Positions 12,576-26,366 of a stretch of 64,000 bases of DNA are shown here, in pieces. The position numbers and the translations under genes are program-made. The notes beneath the pieces were generated by a model. It searched no databases and was not told the origin of the DNA. It saw only the letters and a program-made list of their open reading frames with translations. Within the stretch, counting starts at the first letter, position 1. Every line of letters begins with the position of its first letter. Source of the stretch: Takakia lepidozioides (Eukaryota; Plantae; Bryophyta). Location of the stretch: assembly GCA_030704615.1 (NCBI GenBank), contig CM060734.1:22630001-22694000 (forward strand), read 5' to 3'.

Positions 12576-15500
12576 GCATCAAACCCCACTAATGGTACCA
12601 ATGTCAAGCCTTTTTTTTTGCCTCTCCGTGTCCTCGCTCGTGGGGGCGGAGCTCCGCCTCCCCGCTAGACTCTCCATCTTCTGTTAGTTACGACTATCTT
12701 TTAGGGATCTGATATCTTCCTCCCGCCCCCTGCTCATTTTGGAAATGTTTTTAGCGCCTCCGCTACTCTGGCCTCTTTGCTATTTTAGCTGCGCCCGCCG
12801 CCATGGATCGTTGCTACTCTATGGCCTCTACACCGCGCGGATCTCAGGCTCAAGCATACCCTATACCGGCTCCTTCTTGCGCTTCTTTTGAGCTTTACAG
12901 CAAATGATTCCAAGTACTACTTCGCCTCCCAGCTCTCTCAAGGTTCTTGCGAACTACGTCTCTCTGGGAAAGAAGGTGTGCGCGGCATGATCTATCAGCC
13001 TCCATATCAGCTGTATTCTTCATTACCCAACGCTACTCGCACTCCTTCAATCGCTGTCAACCGGTTCCTCTCTCACACTCAGAGACCTCTGCAACAGTTG
13101 TCTTTTCATTATCATGTTCTTAAGCAACATATGTATTGTTTTCACATGAGAAGGCGCGTCTCCTACAATGCTCCCTACAAAGCCCATACAATCCAGGCGT
13201 CTCAGCACATGTTCGCCCACTACTGGCTTCACAACATCCAGGCCTCGCCGAGGCGTTTCTACATGACTATCGCCACGCATTTGATTCTACATCGGGCCTC
13301 TGTTACTATTCTGCACCTCTCTCAGTACTGGTCTCAATACCCGACCTACCCCCCGGCGTTCGGGCATCTCAAGGACCGTGGCCCGTATGGGTACTACCTA
13401 GCGCCACCGACCCCACTCGAGCTCTCTCCTCGATTCGGGCCACCATCAGCGATCGGGAGCATATCGTCCACCCTCCAGTATCGACGGGAGCTACGTACTA
13501 CCCCCCTTCTCCACCAGTGGCCAGACCCTGGCCAGTTGACACCCCGCCGGTAGCCAATCTGCAACACCACTCTCCAATTCAGAACGAACCTGTCAGCACA
13601 TCTGCAGTGCCCCCCAGGCCCACCCCCAAGACTACTCAGACATACTCTTAAGGTTTGTTGAGCACTTGCCACAGGTCCGTTCAGCCCCCCCCCCCCCCCC
13701 CCCTCGTACTCCTCCTCCCTGCTGCCTGATATCTTTGTTGTTTTCTTGCTAACCTCCAAATTTCCTCTACCAGACAACCCCGACATTAGTCATCTGGTCT
13801 CCCCCCCCCAGCCCCCTCTCTCTGTGATGCAGGTCATAGCCCTTATATCAAACCAGCCTTGTAGCTGCAGGCTGCACAGCAGGCTGTGGCACCAATTCAA
13901 CACTGACCCCCAAACCACAACACTGGCTCCATCCATCAATCAATCCAGGTACAGGGACGAACGTGATTACAACCCCCAACTTCACAGGTACTTCCCCCAC
14001 TGCTTCCCCCCTCTCTGTGTTTGGGGCTACCCCCCCACTCTTCCTACCAGCGGGCCCTTCATGTTCTACTCTATTATTGATGCCCCCATTCTACTTCACT
14101 CGGACTATGACCTCCCCTACCCCCTTGGTCCTCAATTATCTGCTTATTGTCTACTATCCCCATTAATGTTAACTCTCACACCCCCCTGCTGCTCCATCTA
14201 CCAGCACCCTGCCTCTCATGCCCACGTTGTGATTTTCATTGCACTCGGCATGCATCCCTCCCAATGCAATTCTACCATCTCACAGTTCTGCTTTTTCCCT
14301 TCTTGCGCAGATGTCACCCTCCACTCGGGCTGGTACCAGAATGCATGATCGCTGCTTACCCCAGCTATCTGCTCAAGATATCTGCCTGCATACACAGAAG
14401 CAGCTTCCCCAAGGCTCACTGGACCAACTTGCCAACTACCACTCTACAGCTACATTCAAACACTCCATCGAGTTGCTGCCCAACATCCTATACAATGCTC
14501 CCCTCCTAGTTACCCTCATGCACTGTGCAATTGCTAGGTCAATAATTCTACAACTCGACACCATGCTGATAGCTCGTTGCCATGTACGCACGCTGAATTA
14601 TTCAGGCTCTGTAATTTGTGCTCTCACACCCCCCACTCCTCACTCCCCCCCTATTTTTTGTAAAATTATCTTGCTACTTTTCCACAGGCCTACGAGCTTT
14701 ACTCTATTACAAAGCTGCCAATGACCATCTCAATTATCAACTTACCATTTTATTATTGATATCCCCCACTCCACCCACTCCACTTTATCACCCTCACAAA
14801 TGCCCACTCACTGCATCTACGTTTCCAATACCAGCTCACCCTAAATTTTCCATCCCAATTCCGCCAGTCACTTACCCAGTATCAGTGCCCACTGGCAAGA
14901 GAACCTGCTGCACTACCTCCCTCGGCTACCTACTCAACCACAACCCCCACCTCCACACTACCCACCATCAGGCCCGCAAGCCCTTCTCAATCTCAACCAC
15001 ACCCCTCTCTACTCGGCCACCCTCAAAGCTATGCTATGACCTCATGCCACAAAACCCCATCCAACTCTCCACACCCAGATTCCCAACTCTGGTACCACAC
15101 CCACCGCCCCTCCCCCTCTAATCCTAATTCTCAATCTACGCAATTCCTCACCTGCGTACAAATTTGGCTCTCCCTTGACACAGACATTGTACTAATTACC
15201 AGAATCCATTGCCTAGCCATCCCCCACCCCTGACTGCCCCTTCTACACACCTCTTCCCACCCACCCAAAGGCTCTCCACACATATCTACCCCCATTTGCT
15301 ATCCACTTATAACCCCTACTGCAACCCGCCTGTCTAACCCACTCCTCTCCCCCCCCCCTTTCACACCCTCCCACTATCTACTACATCACATTCAACACAG
15401 GAAGACATGTCACCCAATAGAACACTCACTGCGACATCCAGTCGCTACACTCACCCTCATAATCATCTTGTGCCCATAGCCCTGAACTCACCCATTTTTT

Positions 15501-18500
15501 ATCAATTTGCTCACTGTAGAATGCATGTTGGACATGGATAGCAACTGTGAAGACCTGCTACTCACCTCGTGCATCCTCACTAACACACATCTTGATGTGG
15601 TGGTTTTTGGGACGGGCACAGGTGAGGGTCTTCACTGGATGTGTATTTTTTCAGTTTGCAGATGATCAAAGGACTTGGCGATGGTGACGATTGACGCTAC
15701 ATACTGCTTCAGTGGGGCATCTGATACGATTCGGCCTGTCAACCTTAATCCTTTTTGGTTTTTATGGGTTGTAACCTGATTATAAGTCAGTTTTCAGGTA
15801 TGATACCAGTCTGAACTTTGGCACCATATTAGTGGGGTTTTCAACCTGATTGTAAATCAGTTTTCTGGCATGATACCAGTCTGAGCTTCGGGTGCATTTT
15901 GATATGGTGCTGGAGTACCATCTCCAGACCTTATAAGGCTATCCAATGATGCTTAAGATAGGCCTTCTTATGCTGATTTAACACGGTAAGTACCAAGCGA
16001 TACTTTTTGAACATTGAGGTCAGAGTTCTAAATTTAAAACAGCCCTGGTTACACTGTTCTAACTTGGAGATTACCAAGCAGCTGGCGTGATGGGCTTTTC
16101 AGATTACATAACACATGTTTTAAGGTTGCGAACCATCCTTTGAATTTGAATCAGGTTCAGTTTTACTATGTTAACTTGGAAAGTACCAAGCTGTACTTGA
16201 CTTGGAAGAATACCAAGCAGTGGTCTTATTGGGCTTTTTCAAAATACATAGGGGCTGGTTTTAACTTATCAAACTAGCCTTTTGGAATACCCTTTGAGCT
16301 AGTGTTGTCTATAAAGTTCTGATTATGCTCATTGTAGCACTCCACTCTGATTGAGTTTTGGAGATCGATGATTGGAAAACCAGATCCAGACCTTTGTGCA
16401 TTCGTGGAACATAGACATAACATGCTGGCTGGTCTACATTATCAGGCTGGGCTCTTGGAATTGCAACACCTGCAACTCATTCTCAAAGGCGCAAGTGTTT
16501 ATGTTGATCTGGTATGTACCAAAGGTGGTGTTTGTCCCGATTGTTTTATAAGAAAAACAAGACTCCTTCAATGATGAATGACATCTGAATCTAGGGCGAT
16601 GGTTGTCTTGGAAATCCCACCCTCCCACCCTAATTTTTTTTTTCATGTGTTTTAAGGAAGATGACATGAGTTTTTATCAGGTAAGATACTGCCTATGGAA
16701 GGTGAAGTTAGATAGTGCCTTGTTATGAGGCTGATTTGTCGTTGATTTGACAAAGACCTTGTTTGGTCTTGTCCATGTCCCGACAAGACATAGTATCTTC
16801 CCTCTCTATTCTTGACCAGTGTACTCAGTGGTTTCTGTACACTCTCTCTCTCTCTCCCTCTCTCTCTCTCTCTCTCACCTGCCATTTTCCAGTTTTCTTA
16901 CTATGATGTACTAACACCTTTAATGGAAAGCCATGGGGTATCAGCCCCCTATACCTCCATAACAATAGTGTGGAGCAACAAATCCCTCATAAGGTACGAT
17001 GATCCAAAAATTTGTTGGCGGATTGGACAACGAGAGAAAGACATTGTTGATATTACTTGAAGAACATCTAAGGGTTTCTTGCATACTGATATTATGAGCT
17101 AGGCCCGGGTAAAAAGGCCTGTTAGAGTATGTGTGTACACCTTCTACATGACATCAGATCCCTTATGATGAAAAGCCTTCCCTACTCGTGGGCTTTAATA
17201 CTTCTCCTGGATGTGGGTTTGCTCTTTATAGCACCACTAAAAAAATGCCCAGGTGTAACGTGATATGTCCTTTTTCATGCCTTAAGGAAATCTGGTTTTA
17301 AAACCATAAAGCTGGCTGATATGGTGAAAAGACGGGCAGCAGATTGCTGCCAATGATTTTATTCACATGTTCATGTTGTGAATCACGGGCAGTAGACTAC
17401 TGCCACTGGCTGAAGAACACAAGTTCTTATTCATACCTTTGGAAAAACGGTTCTAACCATAAAGTTGGCTGATATGGTGGAAAAATGTGCAGTAATTTAC
17501 TGCCATCGGTTGAAGAACACCTGTAATTCATGAACTCTTGCGTGCCCAGCTATATGAATGTTTTGTCCATATAATTTTCTCTTGACTTGGGAAGCAGAGA
17601 CTGTAGCTTTTTAACCAAAGATAAAACTACATCTCTTCCTTGGTCTCTACTTCTTTACAAGAGCTTGTTGACAAGATAAGAGGTAAGACGGAAAACGCAT
17701 GACTCTATATTCTTGCCAAGTTTGATTTATGCTATGTCAATGTTCACTCGTGATCTGAGGGCAGAGAGAATGTAGACCTTTTATCTTTTTGGTATTCAAG
17801 TCCAAGGACAGAACTACATTGTAGGGTCTGGTATGCACTCCTTACGGGGTGAGTGCATACCACACTCACTCCATAAGGGACTGCCATACCAGGGGTTGGA
17901 TGGTGGGCGCCCCTCTCTCCCTCTCTCCAATTATCTGTTTGGGATTAACAATTTTTTTCCTGAGCCTACCTGGTTTGGAAATACCTTCTTTCTAATCCCT
18001 AATGGAATATGTTTTGAATTTCATCCATACCGGATGAAAAATATGCCAGGTATAATCCCTAACTGGATGAATTATTGTCTTGAGCCTTACCACCAAGGAT
18101 GTAGCCTGCAATTTTTCATCCATGATGGATTACATCCATCCTGGATGTTACCCTAACGGATGTAAACCTAAGAGGATGTAACTCCAATGAAGTGCAAAAT
18201 TTCATCCCAGTGGATGAAATCGCGGGATGGTTTGCTAACCGCCTCTCTGCCCTAAGCACGGCACGATACTCGTGCTTGTTTTCTCTGGAGGATGGCGATG
18301 GCGGCTGAGCCGAGTGCTCCAGCATCACGATGCGCGTGCATTTTGTTTTTTCTTGCGCGATGGCGGCAGACTCTTCCATTTCCCGCACTGGCAAATGACC
18401 TACTGCTGTGTTTGCCTGCAATCTTTCTTATTCGTGAAGCAGCGGCGCTCATAAGGTGATGGGGGAAGTATCATGCACTTTGTAAAATATGCAATTTGTC

Positions 18501-19937
18501 CTCAAGCATCCCAATTTGTTGCATTCTGCTGTGATCTCTTGAGATTCAGGTGTTGAATGCCGCAGCGTCCCACTCCACAAACGATTAAAGTTCTTTGTGG
18601 TGTCGCATCTATGTTTTACTTTTGATCAATTTGCTCACTGTAGAATGCATGTTGGACATGGATAGCAACTGTGAAGACCTGCTACTCACCTCGTGCATCC
18701 TCACTAACACACATCTTGATGTGGTGGTTTTTGGGACGGGCACAGGTGAGGGTCTTCACTGGATGTGTATTTTTTCAGTTTGCAGATGATCAAAGGACTT
18801 GGCGATGGTGACGATTGACGCTACATACTGCTTCAGTGGGGCATCTGATACGATTCGGCCTCTCAACCTAATTATAAGTCAGTTTTCAGGTATGATACCA
18901 GTCTGAACTTTGGCACCATATTAGTGGGGTTTTCAACCTGATTGTAAATCAGTTTTCTGGCATGATACCAGTCTGAGCTTCGGGTGCATTTTGATATGGT
19001 GCTGGAGTACCATCTCCAGACCTTATAAGGCTATCCAATGATGCTTAAGATAGGCCTTCTTATGCTGATTTAACACGGTAAGTACCAAGCGATACTTTTT
19101 GAACATTGAGGTCAGAGTTCTAAATTTAAAACAGCCCTGGTTACACTGTTCTAACTTGGAGATTACCAAGCAGCTGGCGTGATGGGCTTTTCAGATTACA
19201 TAACACATGTTTTAAGGTTGCGAACCATCCTTTGAATTTGAATCAGGTTCAGTTTTACTATGTTAACTTGGAAAGTACCAAGCTGTACTTGACTTGGAAG
19301 AATACCAAGCAGTGGTCTTATTGGGCTTTTTCAAAATACATAGGGGCTGGTTTTAACTTATCAAACTAGCCTTTTGGAATACCCTTTGAGCTAGTGTTGT
19401 CTATAAAGTTCTGATTATGCTCATTGTAGCACTCCACTCTGATTGAGTTTTGGAGATCGATGATTGGAAAACCAGATCCAGACCTTTGTGCATTCGTGGA
19501 ACATAGACATAACATGCTGGCTGGTCTACATTATCAGGCTGGGCTCTTGGAATTGCAACACCTGCAACTCATTCTCAAAGGCGCAAGTGTTTATGTTGAT
19601 CTGGTATGTACCAAAGGTGGTGTTTGTCCCGATTGTTTTATAAGAAAAACAAGACTCCTTCAATGATGAATGACATCTGAATCTAGGGCGATGGTTGTCT
19701 TGGAAATCCCACCCTCCCACCCTAATTTTTTTTTTCATGTGTTTTAAGGAAGATGACATGAGTTTTTATCAGGTAAGATACTGCCTATGGAAGGTGAAGT
19801 TAGATAGTGCCTTGTTATGAGGCTGATTTGTCGTTGATTTGACAAAGACCTTGTTTGGTCTTGTCCATGTCCCGACAAGACATAGTATCTTCCCTCTCTA
19901 TTCTTGACCAGTGTACTCAGTGGTTTCTGTACACACA

Positions 19938-20013
<76 letters not shown>

Positions 20014-22945
20014 TGCCATTTTCCAGTTTTCTTACTATGATGTACTAACACCTTTAATGGAAAGCCATGGGGTATCAGCCCCTATACCTCCATAACAATA
20101 GTGTGGAGCAACAAATCCCTCATAAGGTACGATGATCCAAAAATTTGTTGGCGGATTGGACAACGAGAGAAAGACATTGTTGATATTACTTGAAGAACAT
20201 CTAAGGGTTTCTTGCATACTGATATTATGAGCTAGGCCCGGGTAAAAAGGCCTGTTAGAGTATGTGTGTACACCTTCTACATGACATCAGATCCCTTATG
20301 ATGAAAAGCCTTCCCTACTCGTGGGCTTTAATACTTCTCCTGGATGTGGGTTTGTTCTTTATAGCACCACTAAAAAAATGCCCAGGTGTAACGTGATATG
20401 TCCTTTTTCATGCCTTAAGGAAATCTGGTTTTAAAACCATAAAGCTGGCTGATATGGTGAAAAGATGGGCAGCAGATTGCTGCCAATGATTTTATTCACA
20501 TGTTCATGTTGTGAATCACGGGCAGTAGACTACTGCCACTGGCTGAAGAACACAAGTTCTTATTCATACCTTTGGAAAAACGGTTCTAACCATAAAGTTG
20601 GCTGATATGGTGGAAAAATGTGCAGTAATTTACTGCCATCGGTTGAAGAACACCTGTAATTCATGAACTCTTGCGTGCCCAGCTATATGAATGTTTTGTC
20701 CATATAATTTTCTCTTGACTTGGGAAGCAGAGACTGTAGCTTTTTAACCAAAGATAAAACTATATCGCACGGAGATTCTTCTTTGGTCTCTACTTCTTTA
20801 CAAGAGCTTGTTGACAAGATAAGAGGTAAGACGGAAAACGCATGACTCTATATTCTTGCCAAGTTTGATTTATGCTATGCCAATGTTCACTCGTGATCTG
20901 AGGGCAGAGAGAATATAGACCTTTTATCTTTTTGGTATTCAAGTCCAAGGACAGAACTACATTGTAGGGTCTGGTATGCACTCCCTTACGGGGTGAGTGC
21001 ATACCACACTCACTCCATAAGGGACTGCCATACCAGGGGTTGGATGGTGGGCGCCCCCTCTCTCCCTCTCTCCAATTATCTGTTTGGGATTAACAATTTT
21101 TTTCCTGAGCCTACCTGGTTTGGAAATACCTTCTTTCTAATCCCTAATGGAATATGTTTTGAATTTCATCCATACCGGATGAAAAATATGCCAGGTATAA
21201 TCCCTAACTGGATGAATTATTGTCTTGAGCCTTACCACCAAGGATGTAGCCTGCAATTTTTCATCCATGATGGATTACATCCATCCTGGATGTTACCCTA
21301 ACGGATGTAAACCTAAGAGGATGTAACTCCAATGAAGTGCGAAATTTCATCCCAGTGGATGAAATCGCGGGATGGTTTGCTAACCGCCTCTCTGCCCTAA
21401 GCACGGCACGATACTCGTGCTTGTTTTCTCTGGAGGATGGCGATGGCGGCTGAGCCGAGTGCTCCAGCATCACGATGCGCGTGCATTTTGTTTTTTCTTG
21501 CGCGATGGCGGCAGACTCTTCCATTTCCCGCACTGGCAAATGACCTACTGCTGTGTTTGCCTGCAATCTTTCTTATTCGTGAAGCAGCGGCGCTCATAAG
21601 GTGATGGGGGAAGTATCATGCACTTTGTAAAATATGCAATTTGTCCTCAAGCATCCCAATTTGTTGCATTCTGCTGTGATCTCTTGAGATTCAGGTGTTG
21701 AATGCCGCAGCGTCCCACTCCACAAACGATTAAAGTTCTTTGTGGTGTCGCATCTATGTTTTACTTTTGATCAATTTGCTCACTGTAGAATGCATGTTGG
21801 ACATGGATAGCAACTGTGAAGACCTGCTACTCACCTCGTGCATCCTCACTCACACACATCTTGATGTGGTGGTATTTGGGACGGGCACAGGTGAGGGTCT
21901 TCACTGGATGTGTATTTTTTCAGTTTGCAGATGATCAAAGGACTTGGCGATGGTGACGATTGACGCTACATACTGCTTCAGTGGGGCATCTGATACGATT
22001 CGGCCTCTCAACCTAATTATAAGTCAGTTTTCAGGTATGATACCAGTCTGAACTTTGGCACCATATTAGTGGGGTTTTCAACCTGATTGTAAATCAGTTT
22101 TCTGGCATGATACCAGTCTGAGCTTCGGGTGCATTTTGATATGGTGCTGGAGTACCATCTCCAGACCTTATAAGGCTATCCAATGATGCTTAAGATAGGC
22201 CTTCTTATGCTGATTTAACACGGTAAGTACCAAGCGATACTTTTTGAACATTGAGGTCAGAGTTCTAAATTTAAAACAGCCCTGGTTACACTGTTCTAAC
22301 TTGGAGATTACCAAGCAGCTGGCGTGATGGGCTTTTCAGATTACATAACACCTGTTTTAAGGTTGCGAACCATCCTTTGAATTTGAAACAGGTTCAGTTT
22401 TACTATGTTAACTTGGAAAGTACCAAGCTGTACTTGACTTGGAAGAATACCAAGCAGTGGTCTTGTTGGGCTTTTTCAAAATACATAGGGGCTGGTTTTA
22501 ACTTATCAAACTAGCCTTTTGGAATACCCTCTGAGCTGGTGTTGTCTATAAAGTTCTGATTATGCTCATTGTAGCACTCCACTCTGATTGAGTTTTGGAG
22601 ATCGATGATTGGAAAACCAGATCCAGACCTTTGTGCATTCGTGGAACATAGACATAGCATGCTGGCTGGTCTACATTATCAGGCTGGGCTCTTGGAATTG
22701 CAACATCTGCAACTCATTCTCAAAGGCGCAAGTGTTTATGTTGATCTGGTATGTACCAAAGGTGGTGTTTGTCCCGATTGTTTTATAAGAAAAACAAGAC
22801 TCCTTCAATGATGAATGACATCTGAATCTAGGGCGATGGTTGTCTTGGAAATCCCACCCTCCCACCCTAATTTTTTTTTTTTCATGTGTTTTAAGGAAGA
22901 TGACATGAGTTTTTATCAGGTAAGATACTGCCTATGGAAGGTGAT
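15501..22945. repeat. Near-identical ~3.1-kb tandem triplication (units start 15501, 18625, 21770; third unit partial)
   Basis: The same sequence and short ORFs recur (MIGKPDPDLC at 16368, 19460, 22605). The (CT)n tract length differs between units (16841-16876 vs 19940-20010). Confidence 0.95.
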
Positions 22946-23759
22946 GAGGCTGATTTGTCGTAAATTTTACAATGACCTCGTCAGGTCTTTGTCCATGTCT
23001 CGACAAGACATAAGTATCTTCCCTCTCTGATTTAGACTAGTGTACTTGGTGGTTCTTGTACACATTATCAACCAATCTCCCTTCTGTTTTCAGTTTTATG
23101 TTTGATTTACTAACACCTTGGTCTGAGCATGACAAAAGGTTATCAAATATGTTCCTGATTGAAATGATGAACCCAAGGCAATGGGAAGGCCAAAGCCATG
23201 AGATATCAGCCTCCTCTCCCGCCATGACCATGGTGTGGAGACGTGTACACCTTATACATGATCCGGTCAGTGCACATTACTCTTGTTTGCCGGTCCCCTG
23301 TAGCCGATGCCTTATGTCAGATTTAGATACCTTATGATACGAATGAGTTCCTTTTCTTTGGCTCAAATGTTTCTATGTTTCTCCTCGTTATGGCTTTGCT
23401 CTTTATAACACCATAAAAAATACCCAATTCTGATATGCTGCTGGTAGATGTTTTGTCTGAATACCAGGTGGTAAACCCCTGCCAGACTTCATTACCTAAG
23501 TCCCAATACTTGCCCCCTTTGGTTTTGTACACATGTTTTACCCAAAACAAGGGGTGGGCAAACACTAAAAGTCTGATATAAGATTCTTTCCTGATTGTTA
23601 CTTTATGACCTTGGGAATTGAGGGTTCTTTCATTGGGCTCTTCTTCCGGTCACCAGAGCTTATATATAAACTAAAAGGTAAAACTCTACATTTTGATGTA
23701 TGTGTTGATGTACCTTCGTTTGTGTCACAACTTGCCAACTAGGTCTCTTCTCTTAGCCT

Positions 23760-24456
23760 GTGCACACAAGGGGACAAGATTTATGTTTCTCAAGGAACTC
23801 AGACTGATTTGAGTGGAGAGCAGTTGGACGAGTTGATTGCATACTGGGAGTCTGGCATTAGCAATAGACAACAAACTGTTGTAGTTGGCGTTGAGGGCCT
23901 CAATATTGCTTTGGACAGTCAGAACTCTGTTGGAGCAAGCAGTTCTGCAGCTGTAGGTGAAATACCAAAGTGGGTGGAAGCTAGGCTTGGAACATAGCCA
24001 AAGACAGCCCCGGGGACCAAGGTGTTCAGCCACAAGGCCGTGGTGTACTGGAGCAGAGGAGCAGGAGCTACACAAGTTTATGCAATCAGACATGGTTGCA
24101 GCCAAACACGCTCTACACGAGGCAACCACGAGCGGGGGTTCATTAGCAATGAGAAGTTTGTTCTGCTTGAAGGAGATGCAATCATTCGCAATGAGGACAC
24201 CCACAACCGTCTCAAAGCTTTCGAGTTGAGAGACTATCAGACCCTACCTTTATTTTCTTTAGTGTTCAGTGAGCGGGAGATATGGGAGTATTGCTTTGTC
24301 TCTACCTGGCAGAGAGAGGAGGAGGGTTGGTTAGAGCGAGCTACTGTAGCTTGGGATAAGGTTAGTAACAGGTTTCTGGACATAGATATACCTCCTACAC
24401 CTTACCATCATGCAGAGCGAGGCACTTTGAGAGAAGTCTGGCAGTTGATAGCATAG
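23760..24456 (+). pseudogene. Extra ORF upstream of gag, outer copy (one in-frame stop near 23995)
   Basis: Homologous to 38500-39195 (EQLDELIAYWESG...TLREVWQLIA). Confidence 0.7.
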
Positions 24457-24976
24457 ATCGGGATTAGATCTTGCTTGGTCGGGCCTCTATTCTTCCCCTC
24501 CCTCTTTTTACTATTTTCATTACTTTGTACTTGTAGTTGCCAAAGTCTCTCTTGGTGGAGGCCAGTCAGTCCGGGGTTTTGGGCTGGGATGTTTTGCAGG
24601 ATCAGCACTGCAGATGGATTTTGGTGTGGGGGTGTTGATGTTTTGATTTCTTGTGTTTGGATCCCCCCCAACGCCTGCATGCTTGACTGTGCGCCATGTT
24701 GGTTTTATGTGGGCGCTTGCTTTCATAGGGATTGGGCCGGATTTGATCACCGGTCAATCCTAGAGTATGTTGTTGGTGGTGAGGCTAGAGTGATGACCAG
24801 CAAGACCACCAATGTTTCTTCTATGGTGAGACTGGGTTGATGACCAGCCAACCATAGGAGTTCTTGCGGTGGATGTAGGTGCAGGTGCCCTGAGCCACTG
24901 GGATATGACCCTTAAATTTCAACAGGTGCCCACCCGTGTCACTATTAGAATTAGTACTAGAGCCTTATAGTGTCAC

Positions 24977-25517
24977 GTGGGGGAGGTGCGGGTTGTGAGT
25001 GTCATCACGGACTTACCCAAAGGTTTTGAGAGGAGTACGGCTACAGGCAGTAGCAGTGAGAGTGGGTTCACAAGACGAGGTGTTCGGTTCAGACCACCTT
25101 CACCTCCACCCTCAATTAGTGCAGAGTCTGACACAGACTCGGAGGCTTCATCAACAGGTGTGCAGTTTCTTTCGCCATTGTTGTGGGACGACATGGAGGA
25201 GATGTATGGAGCTACCAAGGGGCCTCGTAGGTACTCTGGAGTTTTGGGCACAATCGAGCTGGATGACTTTATCCAGGAGTTCGACAGCTGGTGTGATTTG
25301 CAGTAGATGCGCAATCCACAACTGTTCACCCCATTCATGGCGTGGAAGGGATTGTTCCAGCATTTGGAAGGCCCGCCTATGGATGATTACCACGAGTTCA
25401 CGCGAGGACATGAAGCAGAGATTGAGGAGTGGAGGATCTATTGGTCACCTGACTACGTCTCCATTACTCGAGGCACAACGCGACCAGTAGTGGCATCGGC
25501 ACCAATATCTCCCACGG
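24977..25517 (+). pseudogene. Outer Gypsy gag, 5' part
   Basis: Matches the inner gag (IELDDFIQEFDSWCD...MDDYHEF) and stops at the transposon TSD. Confidence 0.85.
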
Positions 25518-26366
25518 GAGGTTTACTATTTCATGAGCAGAAACCATGAGCCATGAGCCATGAGCCGCATGAGCCGCATGAGCGGTGAGCCGAAGTCTAA
25601 GATACGCGGATTTCATGAGCGGACTCCTCCAAATTTGGAAATGCGGCAGATTAAACAAGTATTAAAATAATAGTTTTTTATTTGACCTTGCCGTTTTTGG
25701 ACGTTCCAGATCATGTAATGCGGCGAAGATATGTCGTCAGTAACAATTCCGCTCATGGTTTTTTAGATCCGCTCATGGAAATAAGTGACCGTGCAACGTG
25801 AATTCCAGTATACCACTGCAAAAGGATGTCGCATACTGGCCTGTATAGAGTATTCCGCGGTTTTACATGCCTTAACATTGGAATGAAGCTGACCCTTTTG
25901 CCGCGATTGAACCAATGGAGTCTGCACCAATACAGTCCAGTACTTCACAATTCTGTCTTCTTCGGGTATTCGGCGGGAAAGGTTTGCAACTGAACTGGGA
26001 AATAAGGTGCCGCATTAGGGTTCGCACGTGCGAAATTTCGGAGCGGTTTGGTGTTGGCGAAGGCCGCCTCTGCCAGTACCTACGACGATACTTGGAAATG
26101 CGGCGCCGCATTTCCTTGTCGGAGGTCGAATGAGGAAAGCAAGTTTTCGGAAAGCAGAAAAACATGAACCCTCCAACATACAAAAATACATGCACGTGGA
26201 AGCAAGTGAACGATATAGTAATATCTTAGTTCGAGCAAAACAGGTTACTGGTAGGCAAGACATATGTCGGACCTTTCTGTGGCCAGAGTCTGAGGTACTG
26301 GCAGCAGTACAGTTCTACTATCCGAAAAGGATGGGCGTACCATTGTATTGGGACCGCAAGCCAAGC

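Noticed and set aside
12690-15480. Possible plus-strand LINE ORF1 or gene in the C-rich region
   Set aside because: No diagnostic motif could be recognised with confidence.
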